Notes: generated from the sequence alone by a model not told the origin. Positions 40,734-52,100 are shown, counted from the stretch's first letter. The stretch: 64,000 nt of DNA from an uncultured Candidatus Saccharibacteria bacterium (GCA_964527185.1 CAZGOI010000001.1:6010-70009), one strand, 5' to 3'. Numbers and translations are program-made.

Positions 40734-41447
40734 TTATTTCAACTTGATTCTTTTTATTTTTTCAAAAAGAGGTTGATATAGATCTTCTTTGATATCGATC
40801 AGGAGTTCTTTTTTATTTATCTTGTCAGTGAAATCAATTGACGCATCGGTGATGAGGGCAAGTGGTTGTCGTTCCTTCCCCTCCCCCATTTCAAGCACCG
40901 CGGCTGTAGCCAGACTGTCAGCCACATCAGTTCTTGATAATTTAAGTATTCTGCCAAAAATATCTGAGGTCCCCCTATAATCTCGAACACCCTTAAACCC
41001 GGCATAACCGAGAGCAACGCCTACTATACCAGCTCTAAGAGGAAATATTCGGCTGTCAGTTATCAATACGCCAAGGTTTTTTACCTTATAAATTTTTTTA
41101 AGCTTATTGCGAATTCTTGTCGCTGCTCTAAAACTATCTTTTGGAAGAAGAACTATCTTACCTGCTGCATTTGATTCATCAATACCAGCTGATGACATAA
41201 CCATCCCGTCTTTAATTGTAAGCCATGTGTACTTAGTACGTATTGCAATTTGACTTTCTTTTTTTATAATGAGTTCTCGATCTTTTTTATTACCGAGTGG
41301 GACCGTTCTATTTTCAGAAAGCGCAACAATTTTCGATGTTATGACAATAACAGAACACTCTGGCACGCGGCCAATATTGAAAGCGATGAAAGAAATAAGA
41401 TCTTCGCCTTCTTTAAATATTCTAGTTTTAAATGTTTTTATTTTCAT
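40734..41447 (-). CDS. CofE-like protein (F420-0:gamma-glutamyl ligase family, PF01996)
   Basis: Strong motif matches to CofE: AGIDESNA, LPKDS, GVLITDS, IVGVALGYAG, DIFGRIL, ADSLATAAVLEMGEGKE. Confidence 0.75.
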   Translation of the reverse strand: MKIKTFKTRIFKEGEDLISFIAFNIGRVPECSVIVITSKIVALSENRTVPLGNKKDRELIIKKESQIAIRTKYTWLTIKDGMVMSSAGIDESNAAGKIVLLPKDSFRAATRIRNKLKKIYKVKNLGVLITDSRIFPLRAGIVGVALGYAGFKGVRDYRGTSDIFGRILKLSRTDVADSLATAAVLEMGEGKERQPLALITDASIDFTDKINKKELLIDIKEDLYQPLFEKIKRIKLK

Positions 41448-42081
41448 TTCGAGAACGAAGTAGCCAAATGCCCAGATATGAAAGTGGCGTATAGCAGAGA
41501 CCCATTAGAACTTTAAATAGCCACCACGAGATAATGATATTTATAAGCGTATGGATAGGATAGATACCGAGAAAAGCGATGACCATAAAAATCACGCTGT
41601 CGAGCAACTGCGACCAAACATTAGAAAGATTTGATCTTAGCCAAAAATATTTACCTTTGGTAACTTTACGAAAAAAGAAAAAAGAAATGACGTCCTGGTA
41701 TTCGGCAAAAGCAAATGCTGTGAGCGAGGCGATCGAAACACGAGCCGATAAACCAAATACTTGTTCCCAACCGTCTTTAATCCAAAGACCTTCTTTAGCC
41801 CACGGGACGATAACTGATAGAAACGAGTAGAGAAGAAAAAGTAGAATGCTAATAACTCCGGCTAGGACAAATTGCTTGGCCATTTTCTTGCCATAGACTT
41901 CACCGATAACATCGGTCATGATAAAAACAACTGGAAAAGAAAATATAGCGACGCTCAAATGAGTGCCAAAAACAAACGGCATGATCTTGAGGCCAAGTGT
42001 ATTGGCAGCAAAAAGCGAAGTGATGTATAGAGTGAGGCAAATGAGAATTTTTCTGTAATCTTTTAGAGTGAGTGTTTCCAT
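41428..42081 (-). CDS. Queuosine-precursor transporter (VUT/YhhQ family)
   Basis: 6 TM helices and the …FAFAEYQDVISFFFFRKVT… family signature. Confidence 0.75.
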   Translation of the reverse strand: METLTLKDYRKILICLTLYITSLFAANTLGLKIMPFVFGTHLSVAIFSFPVVFIMTDVIGEVYGKKMAKQFVLAGVISILLFLLYSFLSVIVPWAKEGLWIKDGWEQVFGLSARVSIASLTAFAFAEYQDVISFFFFRKVTKGKYFWLRSNLSNVWSQLLDSVIFMVIAFLGIYPIHTLINIIISWWLFKVLMGLCYTPLSYLGIWLLRSRNENKNI

Positions 42082-42125
42082 ATTTCAAAAAAGATAAAAT
42101 CCCCTGGATGGGAGATTTTATAAGA

Positions 42126-42551
42126 TTATTCTACTGTAATACCGGCAGACCTAGCCGAGCCTTCGACGATTTTCATAGCTCCTTCAATATCTTTGGCATT
42201 TAGGTCGGACATTTTTTTCTCGGCGATTTCTTTGACTTGGGTGCGGCTTAGCTTGCCGACTTTTGATGTATTTGGCTTGCCAGAACCTTTTTCTAGACCA
42301 AGAGCTTTAAATATCAGACCGGAGACTGGTGGTGTTTTTACTTTGATGTCATAGGTGCGATCTTCATAAACTGAAATAACACAACCGACAGTATCGCCAG
42401 CCATACTTTGGGTCATGGCATTGAACTTCTGACAGAACTCGGCGATATTTACTCCCGCTTGACCGAGTGCCGGGCCAAGGGGCGGGGCTGGGGTTGCCTT
42501 GGCGGCTGGAATTCTTAATTTAACTTTTTTTACTACTTTTTTTACTGACAT
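42126..42551 (-). CDS. rplK: 50S ribosomal protein L11
   Basis: [14 protein letters not shown]…FCKxFN motif; 141 aa. Confidence 0.95.
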   Translation of the reverse strand: MSVKKVVKKVKLRIPAAKATPAPPLGPALGQAGVNIAEFCQKFNAMTQSMAGDTVGCVISVYEDRTYDIKVKTPPVSGLIFKALGLEKGSGKPNTSKVGKLSRTQVKEIAEKKMSDLNAKDIEGAMKIVEGSARSAGITVE

Positions 42552-42565
42552 AAAATTTATATTAC

Positions 42566-43117
42566 TTATAATTTCTTAATTTGCAAGAAATCGAGTTCGA
42601 CTGGGGTTTCGCGACCAAACATCGAGACCAAGACTTTGACTTTACCGCGCTCGCGATCGACATCGCTGACTTTACCTTCGAGGTCTTTGAATGGGCCGTC
42701 TGATATACGAACGATCTCGCCTGTTTCAACATCGATCTGGTGTTTGGTCGGGCCTTCACTTTTATTCATCCGACCGAAGAGATCATCGACTTCTTGTTTA
42801 TTGAGCGGTACTGGGTTAACACCAGCACCGACAAAGCCCGTGACTCGCGGAGTGTTGCGAACCACGTACCAAGAATTGTCGTCGACAATCATATCGACGA
42901 GCACATAGCCGGGGTAGACTTTTTCTTCGACTTCAACTCTCTTGCCAGCTTTTATTTTTATCTTATTCTCAACTGGAACAACGACGTCGAAAATCTTGTC
43001 GTTCATGCCGAGTGAATCGATGCGCTGGCGCAAATTGCGCATGACCGCATTCTCATAACCAGCGTAGGTGTGGATAGCGTACCAATTTCTTTCTCCTTTT
43101 AACTCTTGCTTTGCCAT
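42566..43117 (-). CDS. nusG: Transcription termination/antitermination factor NusG
   Basis: [12 protein letters not shown] in the NGN domain and a C-terminal KOW domain. Confidence 0.9.
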   Translation of the reverse strand: MAKQELKGERNWYAIHTYAGYENAVMRNLRQRIDSLGMNDKIFDVVVPVENKIKIKAGKRVEVEEKVYPGYVLVDMIVDDNSWYVVRNTPRVTGFVGAGVNPVPLNKQEVDDLFGRMNKSEGPTKHQIDVETGEIVRISDGPFKDLEGKVSDVDRERGKVKVLVSMFGRETPVELDFLQIKKL

Positions 43118-43120
43118 AAT

Positions 43121-43306
43121 TTATCTTGTGAGTAAATAATCGAGCCCAGACGAGAATAATTTATCAAAAAATCCAAGATAGTACGCAACAAACAAAGAGA
43201 TCGCGAGGACTGCGATTGTGAAAAATAGTGTTTGGTTGCGAGTCGGCCAGGTGACATTTTTCATTTCAGATCTGACTTCTTTTAGATATTCGAGTGTTTT
43301 TGCCAT
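43121..43306 (-). CDS. secE: Preprotein translocase subunit SecE
   Basis: 61 aa with a single TM helix, immediately upstream of nusG; EVRSEMKKVTWP-like motif. Confidence 0.8.
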   Translation of the reverse strand: MAKTLEYLKEVRSEMKNVTWPTRNQTLFFTIAVLAISLFVAYYLGFFDKLFSSGLDYLLTR

Positions 43307-43427
43307 ATTCTCTTTATAAGTTTTCCTATTAAAAAAACCCCGAGGGGCTTGTAGCTAGATACTACTCTTTTGTGTGGGTAATGTCAATTAATATGAAAAC
43401 ACCCTTGATTTGCAAGGGTATTTTTAG

Positions 43428-44219
43428 CTATCTAATTTCGTATGTGATTGTAACACTTGAGGTTATCTTATTCTGCCCTTTAGGAAGCGTTGGGGCCGGA
43501 GCGGTATCGCTTGGAGCTGCGCCCATAGCCTTTGCTTCGTACATGATTGGATACGGAGAATTATTGTTTTCTGTAAAGCTTGTAATCTTACCGAGGTCAA
43601 CGTGTAGTTCGCGCGCAAGTTCTTTGGCCTTGGTTTCTGCATCATCGATTGCTATGCTTCGAGCCTGGTCTTTGAATGTATCTTCATTATCGACGCTAAA
43701 TGTTGGACCACTCATGTCTGTAACACCGATATTTGCAAGACCAGTTTTTATATCGTTGGCAGAATCGACATCGCGAATTTTAACAGTGATAGATTGTGTA
43801 GCGGTGTAGCCGATTATTTTTGACTGGGGCTCGGGGCAAGGGTAGACGAGGCATGCGATGTTGCTATATGAATATTTTGGGTTCAAGCCGCCGTATTCTG
43901 ATTTTATATCTTTGTCATCTATTTTTTTAGATTTTAAATAGTCTAGGGTTTTGGCAGTTCCATCATTAAGATTTGCTTGGGCTTCTTTTGCTGTGGCGCC
44001 ATCTTTAGAAAGATTGATCGAGATCGTAGCGATATCTGATGTGGCCATGACTTCCCCGCTGCCAGTGACAGTGATGATATTTGGTTGTTTGGAATTTGTA
44101 TCATCGTAACCACCTGTTTTTATCTCATTGACCAGCCGCATAAAAACCAGGAGTGATAGCAAAACTATAAAAATGGTACAGACATTGATAAATCTTTTAT
44201 TTGTAAAAATTGTTTCCAT
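43428..44219 (-). CDS. SIMPL-domain (DUF541) secreted protein
   Basis: ITVTGSGEVMATSDIATISINL… at the SIMPL N-terminus; the start was chosen at METIFTNK. Confidence 0.65.
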   Translation of the reverse strand: METIFTNKRFINVCTIFIVLLSLLVFMRLVNEIKTGGYDDTNSKQPNIITVTGSGEVMATSDIATISINLSKDGATAKEAQANLNDGTAKTLDYLKSKKIDDKDIKSEYGGLNPKYSYSNIACLVYPCPEPQSKIIGYTATQSITVKIRDVDSANDIKTGLANIGVTDMSGPTFSVDNEDTFKDQARSIAIDDAETKAKELARELHVDLGKITSFTENNNSPYPIMYEAKAMGAAPSDTAPAPTLPKGQNKITSSVTITYEIR

Positions 44220-44567
44220 ATTTTCATTATAGCATAGTATGTGAATTGACAAGTAAAAATATTAGAGTTAACATTTATTTTGAATTGTTTTTTATTGTAA
44301 ACACTCAAAAAATCAACCATGAGAAGGCCTGTATTAAATCTTGGTTTATTTGCAAAAGCCATCAAGAGCTTTTCAATTAAATTAATGAGCAACGAGAGAA
44401 AGAAAAAGAGAAGGAAGGAGTGGAGTGATTGTGTCAGAGAGCAAAGTGAATCCCTAAGGAAAACGGGTATTGTTTCTGAGGGTGATGCACTCCCTGTTGT
44501 TGGCTGGCGTAAACTGCGTTAAGCGGTTTAAAAACTTTCCCCGGGTAATTTTATTACTCGGGTTTTT

Positions 44568-45824
44568 TTATTCTTTATTCAGAGCTTCGATTGGGTTTAG
44601 ACGAGCAGCATTGCGAGCAGGAAAGACACCAAATGTCACCCCAATTACCATCGAAACAGAAACCGAGAGTATGATGCCGTAAAGTGGTATTACCAGATTC
44701 CAATAGAGACCGAGGCTCTGGGCAACTTTTGAAATTAGAAAGGATAAAAAAGCTCCGCCCAAGATACCGCAAGCCCCGCCGATAAGGGTAAGTAATATCG
44801 CTTCAAATAAAAATTCATAGAGTATGTCGCGGTTGCGAGCCCCAAGCGCTTTTTTTAAGCCAACCTCACCGATACGCTCTGTAACCGCAACATACATTAT
44901 ATTCATGACGCCAACTCCGCCGACGATAAGCGATATACAGGCAATGGCAAGCAGGAGCGCCGTTACGGCAGAGAGGATGGTATTGAAAGTGTCTAGACTC
45001 TCGGCCTGGGTTTGAACCTTGAAATCATCTTTTACTGGATCGGTAATCTGGTGGTTGTGGCGAATCGTGTCTGTGATATCAAGCGAAGTCGCGTCGGCTT
45101 TGTTGTTGTCTTCGAGTTGGACGATCGAATAGAGTAGGTAATCGGTCCCGAGAATTTTCTTTTGCAGAGTCTGGAGTGGAATGAAAACTTGTTCGTCGTC
45201 GTTTGAAAAACCAAAACTCCCCCGACGGTCATAGACGCCGATGATTTCAAAATTATAATTGCCAACTCGTATGTATTTGCCGAGCGGGTCGTCTTCTCCA
45301 AATAAATCAAAAGCTATATCGTGCCCGAGGATGGCAACTTGAGCCAGTGCTTGGTCTTCGTTTTGGGTATACGGTCGGCCCTCTGATATCACACCCTTGT
45401 CGATATCAAAGCGCGAGGCATCGGCGCCAAAAATAAAAATATTTTTAGAAACATTGCCGTAGGTCACAATCTGCTGACCGATCGAAGCGCCGTAAGCATT
45501 TAGGACATTGGGTAAACTTTTTATATTATCGACATCGCGAGATTTGAGAGTTGTAATTGGGACAGCATTTACGGCAGAAGTGTTGGCATTACTCGACGGA
45601 CCATTGGCTCGGGCTTTTGTCGAATCGGGAACGGAAGTCTGGATTATGACGGTGTTTGAACCAAAGGTATCGATCTGATTGTTGATGTAGCTTTTGAACC
45701 CCTCGCCGGCCGACAGGACCATGATGACAGTGCCGATGCCGATCATGATGCCGAGCGTGGTTAGAAGCGTCCTCGATGGGCTTCTTTTTATACCTTTGAT
45801 TGCTTGTAATAAATATTTATTCAT
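44568..45824 (-). CDS. ABC transporter permease, MacB/FtsX-like
   Basis: N-terminal TM helix, a periplasmic MacB_PCD-like domain, and a C-terminal FtsX 3-TM domain. Confidence 0.8.
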   Translation of the reverse strand: MNKYLLQAIKGIKRSPSRTLLTTLGIMIGIGTVIMVLSAGEGFKSYINNQIDTFGSNTVIIQTSVPDSTKARANGPSSNANTSAVNAVPITTLKSRDVDNIKSLPNVLNAYGASIGQQIVTYGNVSKNIFIFGADASRFDIDKGVISEGRPYTQNEDQALAQVAILGHDIAFDLFGEDDPLGKYIRVGNYNFEIIGVYDRRGSFGFSNDDEQVFIPLQTLQKKILGTDYLLYSIVQLEDNNKADATSLDITDTIRHNHQITDPVKDDFKVQTQAESLDTFNTILSAVTALLLAIACISLIVGGVGVMNIMYVAVTERIGEVGLKKALGARNRDILYEFLFEAILLTLIGGACGILGGAFLSFLISKVAQSLGLYWNLVIPLYGIILSVSVSMVIGVTFGVFPARNAARLNPIEALNKE

Positions 45825-47082
45825 ATCGTAGCGCTACGATCGGGTCGAGCCGAGAAGCTTTGATCGCAGGATAGAGGCCAAAGATGATTCCGACTAAAAC
45901 TGAAACTGAAGTTGCAAGGATTATCGACCCGAGTGAAATGATAAATGACCAATCATATCCCAAAAATCGCACGACAACAGTAATTAGATAAGAAATAATT
46001 ACACCGAAAATTATGCCGATGATCCCACCGGTTGAAGTTAGGATGATCGATTCAAATAAAAATTGATTACGGATTTGTTTATTAGTCGCGCCAAGAGCTT
46101 TGCGCAAGCCGATCTCTCGCGTCCGTTCTGAAACTGTCACGAGCATGATATTCATAATGCCAATTCCACCGACAACTAGCGATATGCCGGCCATCAGGCC
46201 GAGGAACATGCGAAGCACGTCGGTGATGCTAGTTAGAACTTTAATCGCATCGGCAAGGTCGCGTACCGAAAAGTCGTCATTGTCTGGATTGGTAATTCTA
46301 TGTTCCTCTCGAAGCACTCGGCGGATATCTTCCATTGTCGTCCCAACATTATCAGACGAGTCAACCTTGATACGGACAAATTGAATATAGTTTATACCGA
46401 GCAGTTGTCTTTGACCAATGGAAAACGGTATGAAGACTTGATCATCTTGGTTCTGGAATGCCACGGTCCCCATTTTTTTCTGAACACCAATGACTCGAAA
46501 TGGAATTGCCCCCAAATCGCTAGCTGTATTTTTTAATTTAACAACCGAGCCGATATCGTCGCCATTTGGAAAAAGAGATTGGTCGACATCGTAACCGAGC
46601 ACTATGACATTGGCGCCGGTATCTGCTTCTTCATCGGTAAAGAAATCGCCGTGATCCATTTCTACATTTTGAACTCGCGGGTAAGAGCCATCGGTAGCCG
46701 TGAAACTAGTGTCGACGCTCTCGCTACCTGATATGACAGTAACATTGCCGCGGACAAAGGATGCAACCTCGAGAGCATTTGGAATTTTGCTTTTGTCTTT
46801 GATAGCATCGATGTCTGATTTGACGAGTGTCTTGACTTGAACACCAAAAACAGCCGCTGGTGGGCCTTTGTCGTTACTTTTACCAGGTAGAATTCCAACT
46901 AAGTTTGTACCGAGTTTGGTAATCTGCCCTAGTACAAGGGTCTGAGCACCAGAGCCAAGTGAAACGATAATGATGACTCCAGCGACACCGATGACGATAC
47001 CTAAAATTGTCAGGAGTGACCTACCCTTGCGCGAGAGTAAGTCTTTGATGGTTGATTTAAGGGTTGATATGATGTTTCGCAT
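45817..47082 (-). CDS. ABC transporter permease, MacB/FtsX-like (second copy)
   Basis: Same architecture; the two permease genes overlap by 8 nt. Confidence 0.8.
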   Translation of the reverse strand: MRNIISTLKSTIKDLLSRKGRSLLTILGIVIGVAGVIIIVSLGSGAQTLVLGQITKLGTNLVGILPGKSNDKGPPAAVFGVQVKTLVKSDIDAIKDKSKIPNALEVASFVRGNVTVISGSESVDTSFTATDGSYPRVQNVEMDHGDFFTDEEADTGANVIVLGYDVDQSLFPNGDDIGSVVKLKNTASDLGAIPFRVIGVQKKMGTVAFQNQDDQVFIPFSIGQRQLLGINYIQFVRIKVDSSDNVGTTMEDIRRVLREEHRITNPDNDDFSVRDLADAIKVLTSITDVLRMFLGLMAGISLVVGGIGIMNIMLVTVSERTREIGLRKALGATNKQIRNQFLFESIILTSTGGIIGIIFGVIISYLITVVVRFLGYDWSFIISLGSIILATSVSVLVGIIFGLYPAIKASRLDPIVALRYE

Positions 47083-47085
47083 GGC

Positions 47086-47799
47086 TTAATCATTTGAAGC
47101 TTTTGAGTGTATTCGTTCGCTCGATGGAACTTTTTTATCGCTGACGATGGCGCCGTCTTTGATCGTGATTATCCGCTCGGCGTGTAGGGCAACTTGCATG
47201 TCGTGGGTAACGAGTATGATAGTGTGGCTTTCTTTATTTAAATTTTCAAGAATGTTCATGACAGTAGCACCACTTTTTGAATCGAGGTTACCGGTTGGCT
47301 CGTCGGCAAAAATTACTTTGGGGTTGCAAACGAGTGCCCGAGCAATAGCGACGCGTTGTTTTTGGCCGCCAGAAATTTGGTTGCTCATATAATCCATGCG
47401 ATCAGATAGACCAACAGCGGCCAGGGCTGATTTGGCGCGGCTTAAATTATTTTTTTTAACCGGGCTATATAGGAGTGGCAACATGACATTGTCGAGAACG
47501 GTTGTCCGAGGCAAGAGGTTGAAGGATTGAAAGACAAAACCAATGCGCTCGTTACGAATGTGGGCGAGCTCGTCATCGGTAAAGTTTTTTGTATCTTCGC
47601 CGTCGAAAAAATATTGCCCGTCGGTCGGTCGGTCGAGAAAACCGATGATGTGCATCAGGGTTGACTTGCCAGAACCCGACGGCCCCATGATAGCCACGAA
47701 CTCGCCTTCTGAAACTGTGAGGTTGATATCGTGTAAGACTTTAGTAACTACGCCACTCGAGTCGTAATTTTTTACAATATTTTTTAATTCTATTAACAT
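47086..47799 (-). CDS. ABC transporter ATP-binding protein (MacB/LolD type)
   Basis: Walker [10 protein letters not shown], signature [15 protein letters not shown], Walker [12 protein letters not shown]. Confidence 0.9.
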   Translation of the reverse strand: MLIELKNIVKNYDSSGVVTKVLHDINLTVSEGEFVAIMGPSGSGKSTLMHIIGFLDRPTDGQYFFDGEDTKNFTDDELAHIRNERIGFVFQSFNLLPRTTVLDNVMLPLLYSPVKKNNLSRAKSALAAVGLSDRMDYMSNQISGGQKQRVAIARALVCNPKVIFADEPTGNLDSKSGATVMNILENLNKESHTIILVTHDMQVALHAERIITIKDGAIVSDKKVPSSERIHSKASND

Positions 47800-49310
47800 T
47801 ATGAATTCTTTATGAGAACAACAAATTCGTCTCCTTCTTTTAGGCCACTTGTAACCTCGACCATGCCACCATCGCCTTCAAGCCCTGTCGAGATTTTGAC
47901 ATCTTTGTAAGTTTTATTTTTTGTATCGGTGATGAGTTTGACTGTCTTTAAGCCAGATTTGTCTGTTTGGATAGCCCGGGCTGGGATTGCAATGATGTTG
48001 TCTTTGCTTTTTACATTGATCGTCATATTGGCGGTCATACCGGGTTTTATATCTTTGAATTGTTCAACAGAAGTTGTGACTTTGTAGTTTACAACCCCAG
48101 ATATGATAGTCGATGATGGGTCGATCTTGGTAACTGTGCCGTGAAAAACTTTGTCAGTACCAAATGCATCAAACGTGACGTCAACCGGCATACCGAGAGT
48201 GACATTTGCGATGTTGGCTTCGTTGATATTAGCCTCGAGGTAAACATTTGAAACATCTTGTAAAACCATGACTTCTTTTAGTGCTTGGGCCAGTTCGCCA
48301 AATTTTATATCGAGACTCGTGATTGTCCCATCGGCTGGGGCTCGAATAATTGTGTCTTCGTATTTTGCTTCGGCGGCCTGCACTTGGCCTTCGGCTGAAA
48401 CGATGTCGGCCTTGGCTAAGTCGACATCCGATTGACTTGCCTTTGCTTTTTTGAGGTCGAGTTCGGCTTGGGCTTGGGCGATAGCAAGGTTGCTTTGCGA
48501 CAGGGCAGCTTGGTAGGCATTGTAATTTGTCAGGTAGTTTGTTGCTTTTTTATTTGGTAGATTTATAACCCAGCTGTTTATGCTAGAGCTATATGATGTT
48601 GGAAAAAATATATATAAACCAGAGGTACCGATGGGTTGTGGGGTTGTATTTGAGACAGAACCAGAACCAGATACAATAAGCCCCGATGCAGTAAAACTTG
48701 GATTGCCGCTATTGTTTAGTACGTTAATATTTATAACTCCTTGGCTGTCGCCATTGTAGACCCCGCTAATTGTCGGCGGGGTGTAGTTAACAACATTTTG
48801 ATCGGCAGGGGTTGTCTCGGGAGTTGAGTTTAGTAAGTTGTGATAGGCATTTAAAACGAGTGTGGCTTGAGAGAGTTTTGTTTGGTCGAGCGAGACTTGG
48901 GCTAGGGCGATATCTTCGTTTGATGCGCCATCGAGAGTCTTTTTCAATTTGGCTTGGGCAGAGGCGAGAGCCCCGCGAGCTTCTGTTAGAGTTGCTAGAA
49001 CCGAACCCTGATCGAGTGTCGCTAGAATTTGGCCAGCTTTGACCTTGTCGCCGACGGCGACCTTGAGGGACCTAACTACCCCACTTGAATTAAACGAAAG
49101 GTCGAGGTCGGTCTTTGAAGTTACTTGGCCAGTGGCCAAAATTGTCTCTTTCAAATCGGTCAGCTTGGCTGTATCGGTAACAATATTTTTTAGATTTGGG
49201 TTAGGCCTAAAAGCAAAATAAAAAGAAATGATTAGTACGAGTCCAAGTAGTACCCAGGTGCGTTTTTTTCTAATCATTCTTTTCCAAAATGGTTTGCTTT
49301 TACGATCCAT
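47799..49310 (-). CDS. Efflux periplasmic adaptor (HlyD/MacA-like membrane fusion protein)
   Basis: N-terminal TM helix, coiled-coil and lipoyl-like segments, and a beta-barrel C-terminus. It lies upstream of, and overlapping, the ATPase gene. Confidence 0.75.
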   Translation of the reverse strand: MDRKSKPFWKRMIRKKRTWVLLGLVLIISFYFAFRPNPNLKNIVTDTAKLTDLKETILATGQVTSKTDLDLSFNSSGVVRSLKVAVGDKVKAGQILATLDQGSVLATLTEARGALASAQAKLKKTLDGASNEDIALAQVSLDQTKLSQATLVLNAYHNLLNSTPETTPADQNVVNYTPPTISGVYNGDSQGVININVLNNSGNPSFTASGLIVSGSGSVSNTTPQPIGTSGLYIFFPTSYSSSINSWVINLPNKKATNYLTNYNAYQAALSQSNLAIAQAQAELDLKKAKASQSDVDLAKADIVSAEGQVQAAEAKYEDTIIRAPADGTITSLDIKFGELAQALKEVMVLQDVSNVYLEANINEANIANVTLGMPVDVTFDAFGTDKVFHGTVTKIDPSSTIISGVVNYKVTTSVEQFKDIKPGMTANMTINVKSKDNIIAIPARAIQTDKSGLKTVKLITDTKNKTYKDVKISTGLEGDGGMVEVTSGLKEGDEFVVLIKNS

Positions 49311-49314
49311 AAAT

Positions 49315-49893
49315 TTATTTTATTGCAATTAGCTCGACGTCAAACACAAGGTCGGCGTTGGCTGGAATTCCAGAGCCGGGTGGTGGTGTTGCCCCATAGG
49401 CCTGCGTGGCTGGGATTAATAATCTGCGAGTCCCGCCAACCTTCATGCCCGGGATGCCATCGGTCCAACCTTTGATGACACCCGAGAGTGGAAATGTTAT
49501 CGGCGTTGGCCCAAAATCTTTTGAAGACTGAAAGACGACACCGGTTGCTGCTAGAGCGCCAGTGTAGTGCACACTAACGGTATCGCCTGGTTTGACTGCT
49601 GCCCCTGTGCCTACAACCTGGTCGATAGTTTTTAATTCAGAAACTTTTGCGACTGGAGTGAAATTTACCAATAGCCTTTGAGGTTTTTCCATTTGTTTTT
49701 GAGGAGATACATTAGTTTGATTTTGAATCTCCTGGTTATTTGTATTTTGTGTTTGGCCGCTATTATCGCCGAGTGATTCTTGGGGCGGGGTATTCGAAGC
49801 CTTTTGCATGAGACCCCAGACAATCAGCCCGATGATGCAGGCAACAACGATAAGCGTAATGATAATATTTACATTTCCTTTTTGGCTTTGCAT
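49315..49893 (-). CDS. FKBP-type peptidyl-prolyl cis-trans isomerase (membrane-anchored)
   Basis: C-terminal FKBP domain: GDTVSVHYTGAL…GVIKGWTDGIPGMKVGGTRRLLIP…LVFDVELIAIK. Confidence 0.8.
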   Translation of the reverse strand: MQSQKGNVNIIITLIVVACIIGLIVWGLMQKASNTPPQESLGDNSGQTQNTNNQEIQNQTNVSPQKQMEKPQRLLVNFTPVAKVSELKTIDQVVGTGAAVKPGDTVSVHYTGALAATGVVFQSSKDFGPTPITFPLSGVIKGWTDGIPGMKVGGTRRLLIPATQAYGATPPPGSGIPANADLVFDVELIAIK

Positions 49894-49955
49894 AGAAGAA
49901 TGAATTAACTAATATGCGAGAATTATAGCATTTTTTTAACCTATTTTAAATTAGA

Positions 49956-52100
49956 TTATTTGCGAGATTCGATGATACCAGTCGCCACATTTGTCGGCAC
50001 GATATCGTAGCGTAGGAATTCCATAGTGAAGCCGGCGCGGCCTTCGGTCATCGATCGAAGAGAAGTCATGTAGCCGAACATTTCAGATAGTGGGACGATG
50101 GCCCGGACGGCTTGATTCATGCCACGGGCTTCCATGCCTTCGATGATTCCACGCTTTGAAGAAAGCGAGCCGGTCACATCGCCCATGAATTTTTCTGGGG
50201 TCACAACTTCAACACTCATCATCGGCTCAAGTATTACTGGGTTGGCGGCTTTGCAGGCGTCTTGAACAGCCATCGAAGCGGCGATCTTGAAAGCCATTTC
50301 GTTTGAGTCGACATCGTGGTAACTTCCGTCCCACAGATCAACCGAGACATTTACAAGTTTAAATCCGGCTAGCACGCCGCGGTCGAGACCTTCTTTGAAA
50401 CCTTTTTCGCAAGCTGGGATGTACTCTTGAGGGATTGCCCCGCCTTTGATCGAATTGATAAATTCGAAATCTTTTTCGCGTTTTACATTTTTTGGCAAGT
50501 CTTCGGCATCAACCGACATGTCCATCGGCTTGATCTTGATCTTGACGTGGCCATAGTTGCCGCGGCCGCCAGATTGTTTTATGTATTTGCCTTCGGCATC
50601 AGAAGTCCCAGTAATGGTCTCGCGGTAGGCAACTTGGGGTTTGCCGACATTTGTTTCGACAGAGAATTCCCTCTTCATACGATCGACAATAATCTCTAGG
50701 TGGAGTTCGCCCATGCCCGAGATGATGGTTTCGTTGGTTTCAGAATCGGTTGAGACTTTGAACGTTGGGTCTTCTTGGGCCAGGCGATTGAGGGCCATGC
50801 CCATTTTTTCTTGGTCGGCTTTTGTTTTTGGTTCAACACGAAGAGAGATAACTGGTTCTGGGAAAATAATGCGGTAGAGTTCGATTGGGTTTGCTTCGTC
50901 GCAGAGTGTATCTGAAGTGATTGTGTCTTTGAGGCCGACGGCGGCGGCGATCTCTCCGGCAAAAACTTTTTTCACTTCTTCGCGGTCATTGGCGTGCATA
51001 CGCAGTATTCTGCCGATGCGCTCTTTGTTGCGAGTGCGAGGGTTGTAGATGTAGCTACCAGCTGAAAGCGTGCCAGAATAAACTCGGAAAAAAATAATTT
51101 GGCCGACGAATGGATCGGTTGCAACTTTAAAAGCAAGCGCCGAGAACGGCTCTTCGTCTGAAGCGTGGCGAGCGATTTGTTCTTCGGTCTCGGGATTGAT
51201 GCCGGTGATTGCTGGAATATCTGTCGGGCTTGGCAAGTAGTCGATGACAGCATCGAGCACGAGCTGGACACCCTTGTTCTTTAGAGCCGAGCCAGCAAAG
51301 ACTGGGAAAATTTCGTTGGCGATCACGGCCTTGCGCATGAGGGTTTTTAGAACGTCAAGAGTTGGGATCTTGCCTTCTAGATATTGGCTCATGACAGCAT
51401 CGTCTTGTTCTACAATTTTTTCGACGAGTTCGCTGTGATATTTTTCGGCCTCGGCTTTTAAATTCTCTGGGATTTCTTTTTCGACAACCTTGTTGCCCAT
51501 GTCCCCTTCGAAGTAGTATGCCTTCATCGAAAGCAGGTCTATAACACCCTCGTGAGCATCTTCAAGGCCGATCGGTATCTGCATGCGAATGGCTTTTTTG
51601 GTTAGGCGGTCGAGGATTGTTTTGTATGAATGCTCATATGAGGCGCCAGTTCGATCGAGTTTGTTGATGAAGCAGATGCGAGGAACGTGGGCTTCGTCGG
51701 CATAGCGCCAGTTTGTCTCTGACTGTGGTTCAACACCGGCCACGCCGTCGAAAACAACGACCGCGCCGTCGAGCACTCGAAGCGAGCGCTTTACTTCAAC
51801 TGTAAAGTCGATGTGCCCTGGGGTATCGATAATATTGAAACGGTATTTTTTATTTTTGTCTTTTTGGTCGGCGTATGTTGGCGTCCAGAAACATGTGACC
51901 GCAGCCGAAGTTATGGTGATGCCACGCTCGCGCTCTTGTTCCATCCAATCAGTTGTCGTCTCGCCGTCGTGGACCTCGCCGATCTTGTGCGAGCGGCCGG
52001 TATAGTAAAGCACCCGCTCGGTTGTCGTCGTCTTGCCAGCGTCGATGTGGGCAATGATTCCAAAATTTCTAACTTTCTCTAGTGGATAGTCTCTTTCCAT
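49956..52100 (-). CDS. fusA: Elongation factor G
   Basis: [10 protein letters not shown]1, DTPGHIDF, and full-length domains I-V. Confidence 0.95.
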   Translation of the reverse strand: MERDYPLEKVRNFGIIAHIDAGKTTTTERVLYYTGRSHKIGEVHDGETTTDWMEQERERGITITSAAVTCFWTPTYADQKDKNKKYRFNIIDTPGHIDFTVEVKRSLRVLDGAVVVFDGVAGVEPQSETNWRYADEAHVPRICFINKLDRTGASYEHSYKTILDRLTKKAIRMQIPIGLEDAHEGVIDLLSMKAYYFEGDMGNKVVEKEIPENLKAEAEKYHSELVEKIVEQDDAVMSQYLEGKIPTLDVLKTLMRKAVIANEIFPVFAGSALKNKGVQLVLDAVIDYLPSPTDIPAITGINPETEEQIARHASDEEPFSALAFKVATDPFVGQIIFFRVYSGTLSAGSYIYNPRTRNKERIGRILRMHANDREEVKKVFAGEIAAAVGLKDTITSDTLCDEANPIELYRIIFPEPVISLRVEPKTKADQEKMGMALNRLAQEDPTFKVSTDSETNETIISGMGELHLEIIVDRMKREFSVETNVGKPQVAYRETITGTSDAEGKYIKQSGGRGNYGHVKIKIKPMDMSVDAEDLPKNVKREKDFEFINSIKGGAIPQEYIPACEKGFKEGLDRGVLAGFKLVNVSVDLWDGSYHDVDSNEMAFKIAASMAVQDACKAANPVILEPMMSVEVVTPEKFMGDVTGSLSSKRGIIEGMEARGMNQAVRAIVPLSEMFGYMTSLRSMTEGRAGFTMEFLRYDIVPTNVATGIIESRK

